A stretch of DNA of 64,000 bases from Phycisphaeraceae bacterium (GCA_963674705.1 OY771506.1:4288001-4352000); one strand, 5' to 3'; shown: positions 31,794 to 41,584, numbered from the stretch's first letter. Program-made: numbers and translations. The notes: generated by a model from the sequence alone, not told the origin.

Positions 31794-31806
31794 TTGTCAA
31801 AGAGCG
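31794..31806 (-). promoter_or_regulatory. boxA antitermination element
   Basis: CGCTCTTTGACAA versus consensus TGCTCTTTAACA. Confidence 0.7.
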
Positions 31807-31910
31807 TGACTCGGAACGCGTAGGCTTTCGCCGCTTCGTTCCGGCCCCCGCTGGCTGCGGGTGGTGGAATCTCCTTCGCGGGAGACGCCGCCACTGGCAG
31901 CGAGCCGAGT

Positions 31911-31938
31911 ACTTTAACGACCTTTTGCGTGCTGTCAA
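31911..31938 (-). promoter_or_regulatory. rRNA promoter, P2-like
   Basis: TTGACA-N16-TAAAGT. Confidence 0.75.
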
Positions 31939-32054
31939 GCACCCCTTCTCACCGACCCTGACAGGCCGGCTAGCCCTGTCGGGGTTTTACTCGAATCGTG
32001 TGTAAGTTCCTATCACTGGTACCTTTCACCTGATCACTTGGGCCGAGTTAGAAA

Positions 32055-32082
32055 ATTGTAACGAGCCAGCGGGGTCTGTCAA
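32055..32082 (-). promoter_or_regulatory. rRNA promoter, P1-like
   Basis: TTGACA-N16-TACAAT. Confidence 0.75.
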
Positions 32083-32259
32083 ATCGGGGGGCTACCCCCC
32101 AAATCCCAACCCCGGTTCTCCACAGCTTTTGCCCACTTTTTCGCAAAAAAAGCACCCTTTGGTCTCCCATCGGCATCTTCGCAGCCATTCTGCATCGAGG
32201 TTTATCCAGAAAATGTGCAAGTATCGCCCCCCTCATATCCTCCGCCACGGGCTGCCGGG

Positions 32260-32287
32260 TTGACAAGCCCGTGGCGGGCGATAATCT
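32260..32287 (+). promoter_or_regulatory. Putative tRNA promoter
   Basis: TTGACA-N16-TAATCT, 25 nt upstream of the tRNA. Confidence 0.55.
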
Positions 32288-32312
32288 GACCTCTCTGCTT
32301 TTCAAGCCGTAA

Positions 32313-32385
32313 GGCTAGGTAGCTCAGTTGGTAGAGCACCGCATTGAAAATGCGGGTGTCGGCGGTTCAAGTCCGCCCCTAGCCA
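32313..32385 (+). tRNA. tRNA-Phe(GAA), CCA not encoded
   Basis: Cloverleaf: acceptor GGCTAGG/CCTAGCC, D arm GCTC/GAGC, anticodon arm CCGCA-TTGAAAA-TGCGG, T loop TTCAAGT. Confidence 0.97.
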
Positions 32386-32431
32386 TTTCCTTTCACTTCT
32401 GTTTGATCCAAAGCAATAAATCTAAAGCGAA

Positions 32432-33970
32432 TTACGCCGGGCCGTCCGTGCCCACGTTCGACGCGTTCATCGCATCACGCCATGTCGTGTGGCCCTTCAT
32501 CTCGCCCCAGCCGCCGTCCGGCTGCTTGTCCTGACCGACGTAAACTTCCTGCAGATACACCGTGCCGTCCGAGAGTTTGATCGCGACCTGCGCGCGGACG
32601 CTGCGCGTGATTCGGTGACGCAGCGCGGTGTTCGTGGTGTCTGTTGCTTCGATCACATCTTCGATGTCCCAGGCCTTGCTCGGCACGGTTGTACGCAGAA
32701 CAGATACGCCTTTGTATTCCGCTTCAACGACTTCATTTGCCTTGTTTTTAAGGGTTTTAAGCTCCGATCCGGCAAAGCCGTCCGCCTTCTGGAACGTGCG
32801 ATCGGCTCGCACCTTGGCGTGCTTTTCGTTCAGTTCAACAATCTGTTTCAGCTTGCTGCGAATCGCCACAACCTTCGGGTCGCTTTCACTGCTGACGCTC
32901 GCCGCTTCTTCAACGCGCTGCCGCATCGGCTTCAGATCACGCTCCATTACGACCGGCGGTTTCTTGAGCTTGTCCTGCTCCCAGGAGGTGTCGCGCGTCA
33001 TGAAGGCAAGCGTTGCGTCCAGGCTTTTTTCGATATCCCCCGACATCATCGCCTGACTCTCAGCCAGTGTTTTGGGGAATTCCTCCAGCTCTCGCGACAG
33101 CTTCTCTTCAAGCTGCTGCAGCTGATCAGTCTTGCCCAGCGGGAACTCCGCTTGCTGGTAGGCCTCGAACAAGGTCTTGGCCTCAGCGTAAATCACTTGA
33201 CGCTGCTTGAGGTCCTCCGAGTTCACGGTGACCGAGGCGATCAGCAGTTTGTCGCTGTGCATCCCCAAATCCGCGTACGGCCGGAGCTTGGCTACCCATT
33301 CCGCACACGCCTGCTCCTGCGCATCTTTGTCCTCATCCTGCTGGTAATATCCCATCGAACTTCGCAGCGAGGATTCAGCGTTCTGTAGCGTCATGGTCTT
33401 ACCGAGCGGGAATTGCACCTTGTCATATTCGGCCATCAACGCCTTGGCTTCCTGGAACGCCGCCCGGCTCTGCGCCTGCTCCTCCGGGGTCGCGCCGTTC
33501 AGTTCTCGGCCGATCCGCAGATACTTCTCGTCGCCATGTTTGGTGAATGGCGCAAGCTTGTCGGCCCATTCCTGACATAAGGCATCGTTCTTCGCTTTCG
33601 CCTCAGCCTGTTGTTGTGCAACCTCAGCCGCGGCGCCGGCGCCCGATTCGACCAGCTTGGTTACCTCGTCCAGCCGGTTAAGCATGGCGACGTACTCGCT
33701 GTGATCCTCCGGGAACTTGCCCGAGTACCGTTTCTTAAGCGTTTCCAATTCCTTGTTCGCATCAGCGAGTTTCCGCTCAGCGGTCGTCATCCGATCGGCT
33801 TCAAGGCCCTTAACCGCCTGGTCAAGCATCGAGTTGATCCGCTTGATTGAAGAACTCACCGAACTCGGCAGCGGATCCTCAGCCGAAGCAACTGAAGTGA
33901 ATACCGACAGGGTGAACAACACCACCAGCAACCAGCGCATCGCCTGCGCAACATGTTGTAAACGAAACAT
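32432..33970 (-). CDS. Secreted alpha-helical hypothetical protein with an internal ~90-aa duplication
   Basis: AAGGAGG RBS before ATG 33970; signal peptide ending ASA; two C.EW..KL.P...EAK.L...Y....FPLGKT units. Confidence 0.85.
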   Translation of the reverse strand: MFRLQHVAQAMRWLLVVLFTLSVFTSVASAEDPLPSSVSSSIKRINSMLDQAVKGLEADRMTTAERKLADANKELETLKKRYSGKFPEDHSEYVAMLNRLDEVTKLVESGAGAAAEVAQQQAEAKAKNDALCQEWADKLAPFTKHGDEKYLRIGRELNGATPEEQAQSRAAFQEAKALMAEYDKVQFPLGKTMTLQNAESSLRSSMGYYQQDEDKDAQEQACAEWVAKLRPYADLGMHSDKLLIASVTVNSEDLKQRQVIYAEAKTLFEAYQQAEFPLGKTDQLQQLEEKLSRELEEFPKTLAESQAMMSGDIEKSLDATLAFMTRDTSWEQDKLKKPPVVMERDLKPMRQRVEEAASVSSESDPKVVAIRSKLKQIVELNEKHAKVRADRTFQKADGFAGSELKTLKNKANEVVEAEYKGVSVLRTTVPSKAWDIEDVIEATDTTNTALRHRITRSVRAQVAIKLSDGTVYLQEVYVGQDKQPDGGWGEMKGHTTWRDAMNASNVGTDGPA

Positions 33971-34161
33971 CGAACGCCTCCTTGTGGATAAGATGTGCTT
34001 GTGCGACCGACATGTATCCCCGCATGTAATCCGACGGTATTTTTCACAGCACAAAAGATAAAGACTTGATCCAGAAACCATAAGACGACAAGGTTTTATT
34101 ATAAGCACACCGCTTGATTCGTGAAATACGTACCGGTCTGCGTAGCTGGTAGAGTGAAGAT

Positions 34162-34776
34162 ATGTCCGATCCCCTGGCCAATCTGACCCCCGAACTGCTG
34201 GTCCGCGCCTACTGTGTCGGCGCGTTTCCGATGGCGGACGGGCGGGACGGGCCGATCTATTGGTACAGCCCGGACCCACGGGCGGTAATCCCGCTGGATA
34301 CCGACGGCTTCAAAGTCCCCCACTCTTTACAACGACGTGTCCGTAGCGGCATCTATCGCATCACGATGGACCGTGCGTTCGAGCACGTGATCCGTGCCTG
34401 TGCTGAGCCGCGACCCGGTGCGGTCGATACCTGGATCAACGAGAAGATCATCGATACGTACTTGCAACTCCACCATGCCGGGCTGGCTCACAGCGTCGAG
34501 GCCTGGGAAGAGGATCAACCCGACAAGCCAGTCGGCGGGCTCTACGGCGTCGCCCTGGGCGGAGCGTACTTCGGCGAATCCATGTTCCACCGACAAACCG
34601 ACGCATCCAAGGTCTGCCTCGTCCACCTTGTCGAACACCTGCGAGCACGCAGCTTCAGCCTGCTGGACGTCCAGTTCGTCAACCCCCACTTGCAACAGTT
34701 CGGCGTCATCGAAATCCCACGCGACGATTACCTGCAAGAACTGGAGCACGCCCTGCAATCGGATGCGCGATGGTGA
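34162..34776 (+). CDS. aat: Leucyl/phenylalanyl-tRNA--protein transferase
   Basis: AY..GAFPMA, WYSPDPR, TWI, AHSVEAW, GGLYGV..GG.YFGESMF, DASKV. Confidence 0.96.
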   Translation: MSDPLANLTPELLVRAYCVGAFPMADGRDGPIYWYSPDPRAVIPLDTDGFKVPHSLQRRVRSGIYRITMDRAFEHVIRACAEPRPGAVDTWINEKIIDTYLQLHHAGLAHSVEAWEEDQPDKPVGGLYGVALGGAYFGESMFHRQTDASKVCLVHLVEHLRARSFSLLDVQFVNPHLQQFGVIEIPRDDYLQELEHALQSDARW

Positions 34777-34780
34777 GGAA

Positions 34781-34951
34781 AGGGTTTAGGGTTTAGGGTT
34801 TAGGGTTTAGGGTTTAGGGTGTGGGGTGTGGGGTGTGGGGTGTGGGGTGTGGGGTGTGGGGTGTGGGGTGTGGGGTGTGGGGTGTGGGGTGTGGGGTGTG
34901 GGGTGTGGGGTGTGGGGTGTGGGGTGTGGGGTGTGGGGTGTGGGGTGTGGG
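34781..34951 (+). repeat. Perfect heptamer tandem array (AGGGTTT)5-AGGGTGT-(GGGGTGT)18-GGG
   Basis: Counted directly from the sequence; 171 bp; starts 5 nt after the aat stop codon. Confidence 0.98.
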
Positions 34952-34997
34952 AAAATTGTATTGCTAATGGTTTATTTTTAATCGCTGATGTCAGCAT

Positions 34998-35031
34998 CCC
35001 AACGCCGGTCCTGAGTGCAGCGAAGGTCCGG
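34998..35031 (+). repeat. 34-bp dispersed palindromic repeat, copy 2
   Basis: cccaacgccggtcctgagtgcagcgaaggtccgg. Confidence 0.9.
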
Positions 35032-35055
35032 GCTTCTTCAGGTTTGGGGAATTGC

Positions 35056-35104
35056 ATTTACGATTGATGATTTAGGATTTGTGCTAATGACAAACGGCTA
35101 ATGG
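35056..35104 (+). repeat. Degenerate period-7 tract
   Basis: atttacg attgatg atttagg atttgtg ctaatga caaacgg ctaatgg. Confidence 0.6.
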
Positions 35105-35180
35105 TTTTTCATATTTCCTGCTTTCCCAATTTAGCGTTCCGCTGTCGAAGCCATCCTGTTTCCCGGCTTTTTCCTTCCCC

Positions 35181-35214
35181 CCCAACGCCGGTCCTGAGCG
35201 CAGCGAAGGGCCGG
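35181..35214 (+). repeat. 34-bp dispersed palindromic repeat, copy 3
   Basis: cccaacgccggtcctgagcgcagcgaagggccgg. Confidence 0.9.
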
Positions 35215-35309
35215 GTATCTGATATCTGAACAAAGACAATCCCAAGTCTGTCATATGTTGAAGCGAAGCCCTCCAACAGCCCCGCCTGAGCCATAATGGG
35301 GCTCGCCAT

Positions 35310-35342
35310 AAGACATCTAATATAACTTATATTAGATGTCTT
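35310..35342. repeat. Perfect 33-bp AT-rich palindrome
   Basis: aagacatctaatataa-c-ttatattagatgtctt (16-bp arms, 1-nt centre). Confidence 0.95.
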
Positions 35343-35502
35343 TAACCGGAATAAAGCCCACTCGGGCGTTGAAGTCATTAGGCAGCACCACGCGGAAGTG
35401 TGGGATTCACGGTAACTAAGCGAGGCGCTTCAATCCAAACTAAAAGCGAGCCCACGCGAAGTGGATCCGCTTTAGTTGGTTTTAATGAGTTGGGATACCC
35501 GA

Positions 35503-35877
35503 TCAGGGCAGGACGATGGTCTTGCCGATGGGCATTCTTTCGGGCACGAGGCCGGGGTTGGCGGCGACGATGTCGGGCCAGCGTTGGCCGTTGCCGTAGT
35601 GCCGTTCGGCGATCTTCCACAGGCTGTCGCCCTTCTTGACGGTGTACATCGTCTGGCCCACGGGCATCGGCGCGACCGTCGGGGCCGGTGCGATGTACGC
35701 TCCCTGTTGAGCGGCCGGCTGAACGGGCTCAAACTGGACCGGCGCCGGCTCGTACTGCTGGACCTGCACGGGCTCGGCCGGCGGCGGGACCGCGGCAAGC
35801 TCCTGTTTCGCAGGCTTCTGACACCCAATCGTCGCGCCAAAACACGCGATCGTGAACAATGCGGTTGATTTTTTCAT
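35503..35877 (-). CDS. LysM-domain lipoprotein
   Basis: Lipobox TIGC; YTVKKGDSLWKIAERHYG....W..I..ANP. Confidence 0.93.
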   Translation of the reverse strand: MKKSTALFTIACFGATIGCQKPAKQELAAVPPPAEPVQVQQYEPAPVQFEPVQPAAQQGAYIAPAPTVAPMPVGQTMYTVKKGDSLWKIAERHYGNGQRWPDIVAANPGLVPERMPIGKTIVLP

Positions 35878-36015
35878 GGTGAATCCCCTGATTCCTTGTT
35901 AGCTTCCGTGCATCTGCACCCGGGAATTATCGGAATTTGTACCCCATTCCGATCAACATGGCAACGAACGCTCGCCCCCCTACCGGGCAAACAATCGCAC
36001 AACACCGCAATATTG

Positions 36016-37992
36016 TCACACCTGCCCCACCACGATCGGCGGCATCGGGCAGCCCAGACTGTCGCAGACCGCCCGGAATAACTCGGCTTCACTTATCGTC
36101 ACTTCACGATCGCTCTTGATGCAGGCCGCACACGCGTTGATCACCGCACGCATCTCGCGAGGCCCGATCAGCTTTAACTGCTCCAGCGCCCCGTCCAGTT
36201 CGTGCAACCCGCAAGCCTCAGCATCCAGCATCGCGGGCTTCGGCTCAAACGGCAGGTAGCGCATCCCCGTCTCATATGCTTTTTGCGCCGATTCATATTC
36301 CCTGCTGCCGAAGTGCGCCAGCGTCGACATCAACACCGTCAACGGCTGCAGGACAGGCCGAAGCGCATAGTACTTCGCCCTCGCCCGCCGTCGTTTGCCA
36401 GACTCAAACACCGGTGCAAGCCGGTTCAACATCACTTTCCCCAGCATCCATTCAAACAGGTCCATCCGTCCGTCCGCCTGGATCAAACCTAAAACACAAC
36501 GTTTAAATGCCTCATATTGCTTGGCAGAAAGGTTATGCAGGGCAGGCATCGCCAGGTCGAGCGCCGGCAACCACGCCGAGCGTTCCATTTCACGAACGTG
36601 CTTGTAGAGCCGCAACGCCTCGGTCACCGACGCCGGCTCCGCTGACTCGCGGATCAGCGCTTCCTGCTTCTGCCGGATCGCCTCATCCTGTGAGATCAGC
36701 AAGCCATAGATCACCGCACACGCTCCGAGCGAACTCTGTGCTGCCTGCTTCACCACATCCGGGATGTCATCAATGATCTGCCGTGCCTGCTCGACATGCG
36801 CTTCGGTCGGTCGGCCGACGTGCTGGGCGACATCGATCGCAGCACCCGCACCCATCGCAGCCAGCGCCGCCAGCGCCCGTTTGCGCACAGCCTCTCGCGA
36901 TGCCTGGGTATCACGAGACTTTGCCATGCCACTTGTCTTGGACGGCTCAGGTTCTGTGTATCGCCCGTCCCAACTCGGCTGGATCCGGCGGATACGCTGG
37001 TCCAATGGCGGATGCGTCGCGCCGAGCCCGCCCATCCAGCTTGTCACCCCCTGCCCGAAAAACATGTGGCTGACCTCGTCGGCGTGCGGATCGGCCACCT
37101 TTGAGCCATACGAGTGTCCGCCGATCTTCTTCAATGCACCGGCGATCCCGTCCGGATAGCGTGTGAACTGCACCGCCGAAGCGTCCGCGAGGAACTCGCG
37201 CTGCCGGGACACCGCCGCCTTGATCAGGCTGCCGAAGAAGTAGCCGACAAAACCGATCACCATCAGCGCCAGCGCAACCCCCAGGATCGCCAGCGCCGCG
37301 CTGCCGTTATCCTTGCTGCTTGACCGCGATCGACCGCCGCCGGCGTAGTACATATTCGACAGGACCATCCGCCCGATCAACCCGATGACGAGGATGCCGA
37401 ACAGCACACCGATCAGCCGGATGTTCAGCCGCATGTCGCCGTTGAGGATGTGGCTGAACTCGTGCGCGATCACGCCCTGCAGTTCATCTCGGTTAAGCAG
37501 TTGCATGCACCCGCGCGTCACGCCGATCACCGCGTCGTCTTTGCTGAAACCCGCCGCAAAAGCGTTGATCCCCTGCTCCCGGTCCATGACGTACACATCA
37601 GGCACCGGCACGCCCGACGCGATCGCCATCTCCTCCACGACGTTCAGCAGTTTGCGTTCATCCGGATCGTTTGTGCCGCTATCCAGCAGCCGACCGTTCA
37701 AAGATTCCGCCACCACCCGGCCTCCCGCAGACAATTGACTGATCTTCACGAATGAACTCATCGACACGATGAAGATCACCGCCGTGCCGACAACCAGTAG
37801 CAGCACGGGATGCCACAGCGTCGGTGCGGGTCCCTGTCCCGGTGGCTGATTGCCGTTGAGATACAGGTACGCGATCGCGACCACGAGGTACACCATCGCG
37901 ATGATCCCAATCACCGCCGCGATAAACATCAGCACCAGCCGCCCGGTCTTGCGCCTCGCCTGTTCCTGGTGCTCGAAAAAGTCCATCGCCAT
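36016..37992 (-). CDS. M48 family zinc metallopeptidase (HtpX-like, long form)
   Basis: INAFAAG, ELQGVIAHEFSHI, SRQREFLADA, THPPL..RI. Confidence 0.93.
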   Translation of the reverse strand: MAMDFFEHQEQARRKTGRLVLMFIAAVIGIIAMVYLVVAIAYLYLNGNQPPGQGPAPTLWHPVLLLVVGTAVIFIVSMSSFVKISQLSAGGRVVAESLNGRLLDSGTNDPDERKLLNVVEEMAIASGVPVPDVYVMDREQGINAFAAGFSKDDAVIGVTRGCMQLLNRDELQGVIAHEFSHILNGDMRLNIRLIGVLFGILVIGLIGRMVLSNMYYAGGGRSRSSSKDNGSAALAILGVALALMVIGFVGYFFGSLIKAAVSRQREFLADASAVQFTRYPDGIAGALKKIGGHSYGSKVADPHADEVSHMFFGQGVTSWMGGLGATHPPLDQRIRRIQPSWDGRYTEPEPSKTSGMAKSRDTQASREAVRKRALAALAAMGAGAAIDVAQHVGRPTEAHVEQARQIIDDIPDVVKQAAQSSLGACAVIYGLLISQDEAIRQKQEALIRESAEPASVTEALRLYKHVREMERSAWLPALDLAMPALHNLSAKQYEAFKRCVLGLIQADGRMDLFEWMLGKVMLNRLAPVFESGKRRRARAKYYALRPVLQPLTVLMSTLAHFGSREYESAQKAYETGMRYLPFEPKPAMLDAEACGLHELDGALEQLKLIGPREMRAVINACAACIKSDREVTISEAELFRAVCDSLGCPMPPIVVGQV

Positions 37993-38132
37993 CGCACTAG
38001 AACTCAATTAACGTTGAAAAACCAAGAACGTAAAGACAAACCAAAAGCGTGAAAGACCAACCAGCCGCAAGCCGCCGGCTTGCGTGCAAGAGCGTACCCA
38101 CATCTTTCAATCTCCAACTTCGCCAATCCACA

Positions 38133-38732
38133 TCACGTAAACGAAACCTTCACCGCCTCGCGTTCCTGCGGCGCTTCGATCTCGAAGAACGGCGCATCCT
38201 GGAACCCGAACATTCCCGCAAAGATCACCGGCGGGAACGACTCGCGGTAGGTCTTGTAGGTATTCACCGAATCGTTATACGCCTGGCGGGCAAACGCGAT
38301 CTTGTTCTCCGTCGATGTCAGTTCCTCGCTGACCTGCATCATGTTCTGATTGGCCTTGAGGTCCGGGTAGGCTTCCATCACCGCAAACAGCCGGCCCATC
38401 GCGCCGGTCAATGCGCCCTCAGCCCCGATCAGCCCTTTCATCGCCGAAGCGTCAGCAGGATTCGCAGCCGCCGCCTGCGCCGCTCCCGCTGCCTGGTTGC
38501 GCGCCGCGATCACCGCTTCGAGCGTTTCGCTCTCATGCTTCATGTACCCCTTGGCCGTCTCCACAAGATTCGGGATCAGGTCATAACGTCGCTTAAGCTG
38601 CACATCGATCTGCGCGAACGCGTTCTTGAACCGATTTCGCAACGCAACTAACCGGTTGTAGATCCCGATCACCCAGCCGATCAGCCCCAGCGCGATGACG
38701 CCCACAACCACCAGTGCGATTATCCAACCCAT
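38133..38732 (-). CDS. lemA: LemA family protein
   Basis: YNRLV, QIDVQLKRRYDLIPNLVETAKGY, EAYPDLKAN, ENKIAFARQAYN. Confidence 0.96.
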   Translation of the reverse strand: MGWIIALVVVGVIALGLIGWVIGIYNRLVALRNRFKNAFAQIDVQLKRRYDLIPNLVETAKGYMKHESETLEAVIAARNQAAGAAQAAAANPADASAMKGLIGAEGALTGAMGRLFAVMEAYPDLKANQNMMQVSEELTSTENKIAFARQAYNDSVNTYKTYRESFPPVIFAGMFGFQDAPFFEIEAPQEREAVKVSFT

Positions 38733-38931
38733 GTGAAACCTCCTTCAAGGTTCTTACTTGTACAGGCCCGGATCGGGCCCCATGCAATCATCAGGATATA
38801 ACAACCCCCTGTCCCATGCGCGGGAAGCCGGGCCCGTTGCTCTGCAGGATTGAGAATATGAACACCCGTGATTCAATGATCGATCCGCTCGGAGATCGGT
38901 GCCGAACCGCATTCCTCGCGAGGCTGGACAT

Positions 38932-38965
38932 AAAAAAAGCCCATCGTTTGTTCAACAATGGGCTT
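38932..38965 (-). terminator. Intrinsic terminator after the chemoreceptor gene
   Basis: aaaaaaagcccat...atgggctt. Confidence 0.7.
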
Positions 38966-38987
38966 CGACAACAGTGGAATCAACGGC

Positions 38988-41371
38988 TCAAGCGGCCTTG
39001 TGCAATTTGAAGCTGGATACCAATTGTTGCAACTGCTCCGCTTTGGTTGACAGCTCCTGGCTGGCCTGGGCTGCCTGTTCAGCGCCCTGCGACGACTGCT
39101 CCGCCACCGCGCTGATGGACACGATATTCTGGCTGACCTGCTCGGCCGCCGCCGACTGCTCATCCGCAGCACCGGAGATCTCGCGGATCATCTCCGCGAC
39201 CTCGGTGGCGGCGTCCACAATCTGACCGAGGCTTTCACCGGCGTGGCTCGCCTTCTCAACGCCCTGCTCGACCTGCTGCGTACCGATCTCCATCCGCTTG
39301 ACCGCGTCCACCGTCTCGCTTTGGATCGCCGATATCGAGTCGCCGACCTCTTCGGTTGCCTTGGTCGTACGGTCAGCCAGTTTGCGTACCTCGTCCGCGA
39401 CGACCGCAAAGCCGCGCCCGTGCTCGCCGGCACGCGCCGCTTCGATCGCGGCATTCAGGGCTAACAGGTTTGTCTGATCCGCGATATCGTTGATCACATC
39501 AATGATCTGCCCGATCTGCTGGCCACGCTTGCCAAGCTCTTCAACGGAGCCGGCGCTGGCCATGACCGCCTCGCGGATCGACTGCATACCCTCAACGGTC
39601 TCCGTAACGACCTGCCCACCTTCGCCCGCTAGATCACCGCTGCGCGTCGCGGTCTGCGATGCTTGGGACGCCTTCTCCGCAACCAGCACGACGGATTTAC
39701 TCATCTCCTGCACCGCCTGGCTGATCTGCGCCATCTGACTGGTCTGTTCGCTCATCCCCTGCGCCATCTCTTCACTGCTCGAGGCAATCTCCGTCGCCGC
39801 GCTGGCGACATCCTTGGAGGCATGATCCACTTCGCGCAGAAGGTTCTGCAGCGACTCATTCATCTTGTCGGCCGCTCGTGCCAGCTCACCCATCTCGTCA
39901 CGTGTCTTGATGTTCAGCGGCTCGGTCGTCAGATCGCCCTGCGCGATCGCCTGCAGCGTGCGAAGCACCCGCTTGGTCGTGGCGACGATCAGGCGGATCA
40001 GCAGCGCACTGATTGCTACCGCCAGCAGCAACGCCACCGCACCGATACCCAGCAGCTGAACCATCGACGCCTTGGCCTGAGCTTTCGCGCCGTCCTGCAG
40101 TTCAACCTGCGTGTGGCGGATCGATTCGATCAATTCATCGCCCAGAGCCGCAACATTCGGGCCGATCACATCCAGGCTATTCTTGACCAGATCATCTCGT
40201 TGCTTGACGTGATCGATCGTGGATTCCAGCCGCTCAGCATAAAAGGCATAGCCCTGCTCGGCCTCGGCGAGCCAGGCCTTGCGCGTCGGGTTCTGCAGTT
40301 CCTCACCCAGAACATTGAGCAGATTCTCGCCCTTCTTCAGGTTATCGATTGCATGGTGGGCGTCTTTCTCGTCACTGGTGCGCAGAAACTTCATCGCTGC
40401 GATGCGAGCCAGCGACAGATGATTCAGCGCGTCCCCAGCCGTCAATGCCGCCTCTTCATCATTATCTTCATCCGCCGTCTCCATGACTGCTTCCAGCAGC
40501 AAGGTCAATCGAGTACCCGCCACATCCATCTGCCCCGAAACAATCCCGTTACGCTGATCGATCACCGAGACAACCTGACTGAAGCAGTCACTGTACTCAT
40601 CAAGCATCTGGCTGATCTTCTTGACCATCTCCGCCCGTTCTGGATTACGGATGTCGGCCTTTGCCTTTTCAACACACGCCAGCGTCTGGGCCAGGTAGTC
40701 GGGGTGTACTGATCCAGATCGTGCTGGGAATTGGTGATCAGAAAGTCTTTCACGTTCATCCGCACCATGAGCATGTTGCGTTCCAGTTGATCGATGAGGC
40801 CCGCATCCTCGACGATGTCGCCGGCCGCATAAATGCTCTCGTTGAGCGTGCTCTGCGTGGAGATGGACAGCGTACTGACCAGCATGATCAGTGTCGCCAA
40901 TCCGCCGAACGAAGCGCTGAGCTTCACACCAAGCGTCAAAGCACGTTGCGTTTCACCTGCCTGGTTCTGGAGCTTGCTCAGCATCAAACCACAAACTATC
41001 GTGCCGATCAGGCACAAGCCCGTCACCGCCCAGCAGACATTAACCAGCGTTCGGTCAGCGCTTAAAAGCTCCTGCGGCTGCATCCGCTTATCCAGGCCGG
41101 CTTCCTTGCCAAACGCCTGACGCTGCACCATCGCGGGTCGTGGCTTTTCAAACGTCCCGGTTTCGCCTAGCTCCGCCACCCACTTTTGCATCGAAGATTC
41201 AGCGGTTGTGGTCTGATCGGATGCTGCTTGCTCGGTTAGTACCGTTGCCGTGTCTGCCCCCGTGGCGTCTTCGGCCAAAACGTTCTCCGCGGAACTGATC
41301 ATCACTAAACACAGCAATAACGCAAACATGTTACGACCCGTATCTGCAAACGCCAGAACCTTAACCTTCAT
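38988..41371 (-). pseudogene. Methyl-accepting chemotaxis protein split by a frameshift near 40701-40704
   Basis: 5' ORF (signal peptide, TMs, start of sensor) and 3' ORF (sensor, [43 protein letters not shown]) join across a C4 run as [32 protein letters not shown]. Confidence 0.85.
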
Positions 41372-41584
41372 GACTTCTCCCCTGTATTTACTCTGACTCT
41401 ATAAACACTCCTGAACGGATCAGCATGGATCCCAGCCAACAATCACGAGAATCATTCATCTTGTTTACTAGCAGTTTTTGGAATCGGGGAAAATAAAAAC
41501 CCACTTTTTCAATTTCTGAACAGATTGCCACGAAAAAACCTTTTCCTAATTGACGGGTTAACCAAATCGAGTTTGTTCAATGCG

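Noticed and set aside
33971..34279. N-terminal 103 aa of the 615-aa ORF call
   Set aside because: Overlaps aat; a strong RBS and signal peptide support the start at 33970
34800..35067. ORFs encoding (PHTPHPT)n and (WGVGCGV)n
   Set aside because: These are translations of the heptamer array; no RBS or coding-like context
34998..35214. Possible CRISPR array from the 34-bp repeats
   Set aside because: Only two local copies, 149 bp between them, a third 22.7 kb away, and no cas genes
38020..38084. Short imperfect direct repeat and cgcaagccg/cggcttgcg hairpin between lemA and the M48 gene
   Set aside because: Too short and degenerate to interpret beyond a generic intergenic hairpin
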